Shown: positions 10,766 to 17,876 of the stretch, in pieces
How positions within the stretch are numbered: the stretch's first letter is position 1
Layout of the letters: the number at the start of each line of letters is the position of its first letter
Source: an uncultured Thiotrichales bacterium
GTDB taxonomy: Bacteria > Pseudomonadota > Gammaproteobacteria > GCA-2400775
Assembly (NCBI GenBank): GCA_964447985.1
Contig: CAYUVE010000001.1
Coordinates: forward strand, 1-41,208
Reading direction: 5' to 3'
Length of the DNA stretch: 41,208 nucleotides
Made by a program: the position numbers and the translations under genes
Notes under the pieces: model-generated
What the model was told of the DNA's origin: nothing
Database searches by the model: none
The model's input: the letters and a program-made list of their open reading frames with translations, nothing else

Positions 10766-11505
10766 TATTTGTCAGCCTTACGTAGTTTTTGCAGAACTTT
10801 GAGCTCCCAGGGGCGCATCGCTAACATCATGCCAACGCTATGACGTTTTTCTAAGGGTAAGTCGCTGTCTTGGCGATGCAGCTCACTGAGCTCTTTAGCC
10901 AGCAGTTTCATCTTTCCTAATAATGTATTGATAGATGCATCACTTAATAAACCAAAAACAAATTGTCTTAATGCTTCATCTCCAATAAATCGAGAACGTA
11001 AGAACTGTGTTTGAATTTGTTGTTCATAAAAACGCTCAATGGGGCCTTGCGCTAACCAAGCAAAATTATCTGCAATGCGCAGTCGTATACGATTATTTGG
11101 CAGCAAATCAATAATCCGTAAACGATCTAAACGTGCCAGGCAACGAATGCATTCCGTCTTAGAGATGGCGTAATTTTCGACGATCTCCTCAAAATTCAGC
11201 TGGTTACGAACACTGACTGCTACTAACAACAGTTTATAGTCGCCGACCAATTCCTCTTCTTGCTCAATACTAAGCTGACTGATACGTTGACGTGAAGCCT
11301 CGTAAAGCTGAAATAGATCACTCAACTCCAAATCCATCAACTGACAAATCTCTGCTAATCGATCTAAAGTGAAACGTCTACTGGCAAAGAGCCGTTTAAC
11401 ATTCGCCTCGCTCATATCCAAACGTTGAGCGACCTCAGCATAGGTTAAACCGTAACGTTTTAGCTCGGTTTTAAGTACTGCTATGAGTTCTGTAATTTGC
11501 GCCAT
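10765..11505 (-). CDS. XRE-type helix-turn-helix transcriptional regulator with an uncharacterised C-terminal domain
   Basis: N-terminal HTH (LTYAEVAQRLDMSEANVKRLFASRRFTLDRLAEIC). Its TAA stop overlaps the bioA ATG by one base (TAATG on the minus strand). It is divergent from the pspA-like gene. Confidence 0.75.
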   Translation of the reverse strand: MAQITELIAVLKTELKRYGLTYAEVAQRLDMSEANVKRLFASRRFTLDRLAEICQLMDLELSDLFQLYEASRQRISQLSIEQEEELVGDYKLLLVAVSVRNQLNFEEIVENYAISKTECIRCLARLDRLRIIDLLPNNRIRLRIADNFAWLAQGPIERFYEQQIQTQFLRSRFIGDEALRQFVFGLLSDASINTLLGKMKLLAKELSELHRQDSDLPLEKRHSVGMMLAMRPWELKVLQKLRKADK

Positions 11506-11511
11506 CTATCC

Positions 11512-11566
11512 AAAAGTATCGTTTTTATATACTTAATGTTGATTATATAGATACTTTTTCTATTTT
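11512..11566 (+). promoter_or_regulatory. Candidate operator and sigma70-like promoter in the XRE/pspA divergent intergenic region
   Basis: A perfect 9-bp inverted repeat, AAAAGTATC (11512-11520) and GATACTTTT (11550-11558). A possible -35 TTGATT (11539-11544) and -10 TATTTT (11561-11566) are separated by a 16-nt spacer that contains the right repeat arm. Confidence 0.3.
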
Positions 11567-11630
11567 AGTTTATTTTTTTGACGCCATGCTCAAAAATCTC
11601 CTCACCAATCAAATCGAAGAGGAGATCATC

Positions 11631-12278
11631 ATGTCATTATTCAAACGTTTATCTATTAGTCTTGGTAGCCGTGTTGACCAGGTTGTTAGCGACCTCGAAA
11701 ACCATGCCGCGGTTGCCGAAACCAGCATTCACGCGATGCGTAAAAAAATTGCCGAAGCCAAGGTCAGGTTAAATCACGTACAGCGCGAAACATCCAGGGT
11801 TGAACAACAAATCACTCAGCAACAAGACAATATTGAACGTTGGCAACAACGCGCTATTACTAGCGCAGATAAGGATGAAGAGAAAGCGCTGCATTGCGTT
11901 AAACGCAGCCAACAATGCCAAGAGCAAGTGCAGCGCTTGCAACAAGTATTGCAACAATACCAACAAACAGGGACACAACTTGCACAACAAATTGAAAACA
12001 GCGAAACAAAACTACAAGTTCAACAGCAAAAGCTCACTTTGATGCAAGCTCGTCAATCTACGGCTGCAGCACTCAATGCAAGTAAAATCTGCGACGAAAC
12101 ATGCGAACCTTATCTTGATGAAACCTTTGATCGATGGGAGGTAAAACTCAGTGCCAGTGAAATGGCCTCTAACTACGATGATTTTAGCGACCCCATCGAA
12201 CATGAATTCTTAACTCAAGAGCAAACTGAGAGCCTACGTATGGAACTCTCTCGCCTCCAAGATCAGGAGAAAGACTGA
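11631..12278 (+). CDS. PspA/IM30-family protein
   Basis: Long coiled-coil protein. The N-terminus (MSLFKRLSISLGSRVDQVVSDLEN) and the C-terminal FDRWEVKL...E segment parallel PspA (MGIFSRF..., ARFESFERRI). AGGAG (11620-11624) lies 6 nt before the ATG at 11631. The central region is Gln-rich. Confidence 0.8.
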   Translation: MSLFKRLSISLGSRVDQVVSDLENHAAVAETSIHAMRKKIAEAKVRLNHVQRETSRVEQQITQQQDNIERWQQRAITSADKDEEKALHCVKRSQQCQEQVQRLQQVLQQYQQTGTQLAQQIENSETKLQVQQQKLTLMQARQSTAAALNASKICDETCEPYLDETFDRWEVKLSASEMASNYDDFSDPIEHEFLTQEQTESLRMELSRLQDQEKD

Positions 12279-13654
12279 TGAATACACGTATCGATGCCTG
12301 GGAAACGTGCCGCCATCATAGGAGCGAACCACAAAATACGGAAAACTCTGTCAGTAATACATCGGCCGACGGTGACGCTAAACGCTCCCTTACCTCACGA
12401 TTATTTCAACTACCCAATCTATTACGCGGTGCCGGCGCCCTGGCGTTGGTGGTTGGCATGTACAGCTTTATGTTCCAAGGTTGGCAAGTAGGCAATGATA
12501 TTTCACGTTATCTTATTTTACTTGCGCATACTGGCACCTTAGTATTAATCGGACTCGCCAGCTCAAGCTGGCTGAAAGAAAATAATGGGCCACGGTTATT
12601 ACTGTCACTGGCGCTAGCATCCGTACCAGCCAACTTCGCCATTCTCGGCGCGTTTTTCTATTCACAATCAGGCTCAGTGTTTGCGGACTATCCTAGCTTT
12701 GCTACTTGGGGCGTAGAAAACCTTAGTGATGCTTTCATGACGACAGCTGGTGCGCTTGTTGTACTCATTCCAGTGTGTTTATTCAGCTTTTCAGTACTAT
12801 TACGCGGCTTATCAAAACGGCTAACGCTATTATTTTTGCTAAGCAACGTTGCGCTACTCGTACCGGTACGTGATCCACAACTTCTGGCACCAATGGCTTT
12901 AATTCTAGCGCTACTAGCAATCTTTGCTAGCTATAAAATTTCACGTGACCACACTGCCGCACGCACTACTGAGGGCATTACCGCATTATCACTGCAACTA
13001 TTACCTGTCGCTGTTTTAGTCGGCCGCAACCTTTGGTTGTATGCAGGTGAAACATTAATGCTAAGTGTCGTTGCTTTTGTTGTATTTATTATATTACGCC
13101 AGCTATCGCTTTACTTGCAGAACCATGCGCGATTACAAAGCATCATTAATGTCGCTTCTGTATTGCCTGCGTTAGCCATCGTCCCTCTATTAAGTGCAGC
13201 CTTGTGGGAAAGTAATCTATTAATCAATGATGTCATTATGCCAATTGCTAGTTTAGTGGCTGCGGTAATGATTTATACCATCTCATATCACACCAAATAT
13301 GCCGCTCTTTATCGTCGCGTTGCTGTCACCACCGCACTCTTGGGGGTTGCAGCTAATGTATTCTTCTTTGATGGCCTAACTGCTGCAATCATTGGTATCG
13401 TTATTGGTATCGCGATCACAGCATATGGTGTAAAACAAAAACAACGAAGCTTATTAATTGGCGGTTTAACGATAATCCTTATCTCAATTGGCCAACAAGC
13501 CTATCAGTTAGTTTATCAATTTGACTTAAACAACTGGGCGGCCATGGCAGGCTTAGGTTTAGTCGCTATTATTTCAGCTTCAATGATGGAATCTAGCGTA
13601 TTAAAACCACGCCTTGCCAGCATTAAGAAAGAGTATAAGAACTGGCAAGAATAA
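12278..13654 (+). CDS. Polytopic inner-membrane protein of unknown function (about 13-14 predicted TM helices)
   Basis: The ATG overlaps the pspA-like stop (TGATG), implying translational coupling. A roughly 55-aa polar N-terminus is followed by continuous hydrophobic segments. I recognise no family motif. Confidence 0.7.
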   Translation: MNTRIDAWETCRHHRSEPQNTENSVSNTSADGDAKRSLTSRLFQLPNLLRGAGALALVVGMYSFMFQGWQVGNDISRYLILLAHTGTLVLIGLASSSWLKENNGPRLLLSLALASVPANFAILGAFFYSQSGSVFADYPSFATWGVENLSDAFMTTAGALVVLIPVCLFSFSVLLRGLSKRLTLLFLLSNVALLVPVRDPQLLAPMALILALLAIFASYKISRDHTAARTTEGITALSLQLLPVAVLVGRNLWLYAGETLMLSVVAFVVFIILRQLSLYLQNHARLQSIINVASVLPALAIVPLLSAALWESNLLINDVIMPIASLVAAVMIYTISYHTKYAALYRRVAVTTALLGVAANVFFFDGLTAAIIGIVIGIAITAYGVKQKQRSLLIGGLTIILISIGQQAYQLVYQFDLNNWAAMAGLGLVAIISASMMESSVLKPRLASIKKEYKNWQE

Positions 13655-13668
13655 GGAGTGATACTTTC

Positions 13669-13691
13669 GGGGCCAAGTTAAGCTTGGCCCC
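13669..13691. terminator. Bidirectional stem-loop between convergent genes
   Basis: GGGGCCAAG-TTAAG-CTTGGCCCC, a perfect 9-bp GC-rich stem with a 5-nt loop. It sits directly after the stop at 13654 and abuts the stop of the convergent EamA gene. Confidence 0.7.
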
Positions 13692-14581
13692 TACATCTTA
13701 CTAGCAGCACTATTACCCTTTTTGAATACAATCCCCGTACTCAATGCCACTCCCAACAATACGAACAAACCACTTATTATTTGATTTAAAGTGATTATCT
13801 CATCGAGAAATAACGCCCCCCATAGCACACCGAAAAACGGTATAAGATAAGTCACCATCAGCGTCTTTGTCGGCCCTACCTGATGTAACAACCTGAAATA
13901 TAAAACGAAGGCTAACGATGTCGACAACACAGCCAAACCAATGATTGCCAATACACTCTGCATACTAGGGGCTTGTGATGGAATAAAAAATGGCAAGATA
14001 GGTAATAACAAACAAGCCGCAGCGAGTTGAGTACCACTAGTAAAAACAATAGACGACATATTGGCCATATGTAGCTTAGTGTAATGTGCACCGGCCACAT
14101 AAGACACACAGGCCAATAAAGCACAGCTCACCATGACTGGCGAGGGAGAAATAGCTTCTTCCTGCTGCCATAACATCAACAAAATAACCCCAACAAAACC
14201 TAGCACCACACCCAACAATTGCGAAGGAGACAATTTTTCTTTTACGAACAAATATGAAAATATAACGCCCACTATAGGCACCAAAGCATTAAGTATCGAC
14301 GTAATTCCTGCAGAGATAGTTGTCGTGATATAGGCTATTAACACAAATGGTATCGCACTATTAAGCGCACCGACTAAAAATAGTCCTTTAAGGTTTGCCA
14401 CCAATTCAGATATGTACTGTTTGTTTAGCAACCATGGCAACAACACTAAGCCAGCGATTAATACACGAAACTCAATCAACCATACCGGGCCAATCTCCGG
14501 CGCAGCAATTCTCATAAAGAGAAACGATGCTCCCCAAAGTGCACCAAGCACGACCAATATTAATGCCTGCAGTCTGTTCAC
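13691..14581 (-). CDS. DMT-superfamily (EamA-type) transporter
   Basis: A 296-aa protein with about 10 TM helices and the two-EamA-repeat architecture. Confidence 0.8.
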   Translation of the reverse strand: MNRLQALILVVLGALWGASFLFMRIAAPEIGPVWLIEFRVLIAGLVLLPWLLNKQYISELVANLKGLFLVGALNSAIPFVLIAYITTTISAGITSILNALVPIVGVIFSYLFVKEKLSPSQLLGVVLGFVGVILLMLWQQEEAISPSPVMVSCALLACVSYVAGAHYTKLHMANMSSIVFTSGTQLAAACLLLPILPFFIPSQAPSMQSVLAIIGLAVLSTSLAFVLYFRLLHQVGPTKTLMVTYLIPFFGVLWGALFLDEIITLNQIISGLFVLLGVALSTGIVFKKGNSAASKM

Positions 14582-14684
14582 GAGCTTATGTCTGCTTGCC
14601 AGCTAGCAATACTAGCCTAAATTGCCGGGCCGTGTGGCCGATACTAAAACTTGAAACGGAATTCATCTGTAACACAATAGCAGC

Positions 14685-16025
14685 GTGTCGGACCTGATGT
14701 TAAGCAGCAAAAATAAAATCGATTTCTCCAACCAATTCTCGATTATTAAAGAGTCTTGCCACTTCCATAATGGCAACCATTGCGCAACATTTAAAGACTA
14801 CCAAATTTATTCCGCTTTTCAGCCAATATTTAGCATTACACATAAACGGGTTGTTGGCGTCGAAGGGTTACTACGCGCCGTCGATATTAAGGGTGACAAT
14901 ATTTCACCTTGGCAGTTATTCAACTCAATTGATAATTCTGAGCAACCTTTACTTGATCAGTTAAGTCAGGCTGTTCACGTTGATAATTTCCTAGCACTAG
15001 ATCTGCAAAATATTTGGGCATTTCTTAATGTCTGCCCAGAAACGCTTAACGACCATGAGCTCTTTGTTGAATATTTAACCTCGTTACTTCACGACCGTGG
15101 TATATCACCTGAAAATATTGTCATCGAAGTTCTCGAATCACATGCATCTAGCGAGCAAGACCTAGAAACTGCGGTGAAATACTATAGAGAACTTGGTTTC
15201 CTTATCGCTATCGATGATTTCGATAGAGAACTTGGTTTCCTTATCGCTATCGATGATTTCGGTGCTGGACATTCTAATTTTCATCGCATCTGGCGCTTAC
15301 AACCTGATATTGTCAAATTTGATCGCTCTATGGTACAGAGAGCGGGCGCAGATCGTAGCGTGCAAATCATGATGAAAGGAATTGTCGATCTACTACACGC
15401 CAATAAATGCATCGTACTAGCAGAAGGGGTGGAGACTCTAGGTGAAGCCTTGGCATGCATGGATGCTAATGTTGACTTAGTACAAGGATATTATTTTTGC
15501 CGACCAACGCCAGTTTCCGAAAGTCCAAGTTTTAGCCATCAGCTATGGCCTAATCTCTATGAGACCTATGACTTCTATTCCGATGGTGTAAGACATCAAT
15601 ACTCCGAACGAATTAAACCCTACCAGGATCGCTTTGCTTCTATCGTGCACTTACTGTCATTGAAGGCAAAGAAACAAAAGTTGAATACCTGCACAAGAAC
15701 GTGCGCAGAAAGCATGTTCACAATGGATAAAGTTATCCGCGTTTATGCCATTGCTGAAAATGGCAATCAAAGCTTAGATAATATTGCCTCGCCAAACTAT
15801 ACATCAACGGCTCACCCACAATTATCGCCGCTACTCGATGCAGAAGGTGCCACTTGGCGTCACCGCCCCTACTTTTATCGAGCTATGGAAACACCCGGCG
15901 AAGTGCAAGCCACACGTCCTTACTTTTCTATCCCTGATGCCGCTTTGTGCATTACTCTTTCTTTGTGCATAGAACATGGTGATGGTGTATCAGTCATCTG
16001 TTGTGATATCGCTTGGGAAGATTGA
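14685..16025 (+). CDS. EAL-domain c-di-GMP phosphodiesterase with a C-terminal Cache/PAS-like region; carries an internal 13-aa tandem duplication
   Basis: EAL-domain motifs are present: FQPIFS, VGVEGLLRA (EGL in place of EAL), NVCPE, EVLES, DDFGAGHSNF, KFDRS, AEGVET, QGYYFCRP. The C-terminal ~150 aa resemble a Cache-like fold (WRHRPYFYRAMETPGEVQATRPYFSIPDAALCITLS). The start is GTG at 14685 or ATG at 14697. Confidence 0.85.
   Translation: MSDLMLSSKNKIDFSNQFSIIKESCHFHNGNHCATFKDYQIYSAFQPIFSITHKRVVGVEGLLRAVDIKGDNISPWQLFNSIDNSEQPLLDQLSQAVHVDNFLALDLQNIWAFLNVCPETLNDHELFVEYLTSLLHDRGISPENIVIEVLESHASSEQDLETAVKYYRELGFLIAIDDFDRELGFLIAIDDFGAGHSNFHRIWRLQPDIVKFDRSMVQRAGADRSVQIMMKGIVDLLHANKCIVLAEGVETLGEALACMDANVDLVQGYYFCRPTPVSESPSFSHQLWPNLYETYDFYSDGVRHQYSERIKPYQDRFASIVHLLSLKAKKQKLNTCTRTCAESMFTMDKVIRVYAIAENGNQSLDNIASPNYTSTAHPQLSPLLDAEGATWRHRPYFYRAMETPGEVQATRPYFSIPDAALCITLSLCIEHGDGVSVICCDIAWED
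15184..15261 (+). repeat. Perfect 2 x 39-bp in-frame tandem duplication inside the EAL gene
   Basis: The unit atagagaacttggtttccttatcgctatcgatgatttcg occupies 15184-15222 and again 15223-15261 with zero mismatches. The translated product reads RELGFLIAIDDF-DRELGFLIAIDDF-GAG. Confidence 0.97.
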
Positions 16026-16141
16026 TTAGTAGCGAGATAATCTCGACTCACAAGCCATTAATTTAGACGTGTAGGCGCGCAAACAGCTAACTGGCATTAG
16101 CTCTATGTTATGCTGTGTTCTTCTAAAAAAATACTACACTG

Positions 16142-16654
16142 ATGAAAAGCGCAGAAAACACCCTAGAAAAATCTCTCTTTATTAGCCGTTGGTTACTGGT
16201 GCCTTTTTTAGTCGGCCTGGTAATCTCGGCCGTCTTACTACTTATCAAATTTATTGGTGAGTTAATTCATCTCGTTGCTGATATAGGCAGCTTGAGTGAA
16301 ATCGAATTAGTTCTAGGCGTGCTAAGCATGGTAGACCTGACGCTAATCGCTAGCTTGATATTCATTATTGTTTTTAGCAGCTATGAAAGCTTTGTTTCAA
16401 AGTTTGACACCATTGATCGCGAAGACAAGCCTGCCTGGATGGGTAAGGTTGATTTTTCAGCACTCAAGATCAAAGTTATTGGTTCCATCGTAGCAATATC
16501 TTCCATAGAACTACTCAAGGTCTTTATCAACCTTAAAAGCTATGACGAGCAGGAAATTCTCTGGAAAGTAATTATCTTTATTGCCTTTGTAATCGCCGGT
16601 GTGCTGTTTGCAGTAATGGATCGCCTCTCTTCTCATCTGCATCGTGTCGAATGA
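16142..16654 (+). CDS. yqhA: UPF0114 / YqhA-family membrane protein
   Basis: Collinear with remembered E. coli YqhA (SRWLLVPFLVGL..., MVDLTLIASL, SSYESFVSKFD, WMGKVDFSALKIKVIGSIVAISSIELLKVF). Confidence 0.85.
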   Translation: MKSAENTLEKSLFISRWLLVPFLVGLVISAVLLLIKFIGELIHLVADIGSLSEIELVLGVLSMVDLTLIASLIFIIVFSSYESFVSKFDTIDREDKPAWMGKVDFSALKIKVIGSIVAISSIELLKVFINLKSYDEQEILWKVIIFIAFVIAGVLFAVMDRLSSHLHRVE

Positions 16655-16669
16655 TCATCAAACATAGCA

Positions 16670-17401
16670 TTAGAAAATATGATCATGACTAAAGCTTTCC
16701 CCATTTCTGGGAATAGACAAAACAGCTGATTTAATAATATTTTGAGCCACGGTATCTGCGGGTAATAGTTGTTCCTGTTCTTGAAAACCACGATACATCT
16801 CGACACTAGGCAAGGCTTCAGCGTCTTGCCGGCGTAACCAGGTTTGCATGCCAGTATCGATAAACCCTGGCTGAATAGACATCGCGCTGACTCCATGGTG
16901 AGCGTTTTCTGTCGCGATAGTTTGCGTCAACATCTCGATTCCTGCCTTTGCAATACAATAAACACTACTTCCGGGAATCGCCGTAAACGCAGCACCAGAT
17001 GAAATATTTACAATACGTTTATCACAGGACAACGAAGAGAAAATCCGACAAAATGAATTTGCTAACTGAACTACACTGGCAAGATTGAGCTGAAGTGATG
17101 AGATAATCTCCTCGTCAGACAAATCACCCATCACACCGACTGGCGCAGCTGTTGCCGCATTATTAATGAGTACTAGCTGTTCTTGCTCTGCGTGAACATA
17201 TTTTCCTAACTGCAGCTCCAAGCCTGCAATGTCATCTATATTACTAAGATCACAAGCTATAAACCGATAACTATTTTCTTCATCAAGCTCATCATGGCTA
17301 CTTCTGCCAACACTAATTACTTGGTAATCGAGTTTAAGCAAACCCTGGGCAAGGGCTAAACCAAGACCTCGCGATGTACCCGTGACTATCGCCGTCTTCA
17401 T
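16670..17401 (-). CDS. Short-chain dehydrogenase/reductase (SDR) family oxidoreductase
   Basis: Cofactor motif TGTSRGLG at the N-terminus, NNAA, and catalytic YxxxK (YCIAKAG). Confidence 0.88.
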   Translation of the reverse strand: MKTAIVTGTSRGLGLALAQGLLKLDYQVISVGRSSHDELDEENSYRFIACDLSNIDDIAGLELQLGKYVHAEQEQLVLINNAATAAPVGVMGDLSDEEIISSLQLNLASVVQLANSFCRIFSSLSCDKRIVNISSGAAFTAIPGSSVYCIAKAGIEMLTQTIATENAHHGVSAMSIQPGFIDTGMQTWLRRQDAEALPSVEMYRGFQEQEQLLPADTVAQNIIKSAVLSIPRNGESFSHDHIF

Positions 17402-17410
17402 AGAAGAAAG

Positions 17411-17860
17411 TTATTTTTTTGTTGCCGCGGCAGAGAAATTGGTGAGGGCTTTTTTTATTTTCTCTGTTACCTCAGCACAACCTTCGATATCATGGCGCTC
17501 AGTTAAATAATCAGGATCGTTATAGCCCAGCCAAACATCACCGTTTTCATCTTCCCAGACCAAGACTTTTTGCGGCAAATCAATGGCTACCGTCTGCTGG
17601 CACTGCATAAGCAAAGTGCCAATTTTAGGGTTACCAAATATCACCAATTCTGTTGGCCTTAGCTTTTTATTAATTTTCCACGCGGCTTGCGAATGTTTTA
17701 CGCGCGCAAATACTGTCATGCTCTTATTGATAAGCGCATTCTCTAATCTATCAGCAGTCTCTTCCACACCGAACTGACTTTTTACCGATACCACACCATC
17801 TGCAGCCAATACAGATAAGGACAAGCACAAGCCGAAAAACAAAGTAAACCCCTTTACCAT
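17411..17860 (-). CDS. Secreted DUF302-domain protein
   Basis: GGAGG (17866-17870) lies 5 nt upstream of the ATG at 17860. Signal peptide MVKGFTLFFGLCLSLSVLAADG. The DUF302-like core includes IFGNPKIGTLLMQ and LPQKVLVWEDENGDVWLGYNDPDYL. Confidence 0.7.
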   Translation of the reverse strand: MVKGFTLFFGLCLSLSVLAADGVVSVKSQFGVEETADRLENALINKSMTVFARVKHSQAAWKINKKLRPTELVIFGNPKIGTLLMQCQQTVAIDLPQKVLVWEDENGDVWLGYNDPDYLTERHDIEGCAEVTEKIKKALTNFSAAATKK

Positions 17861-17876
17861 CACAACCTCCAAAAGA

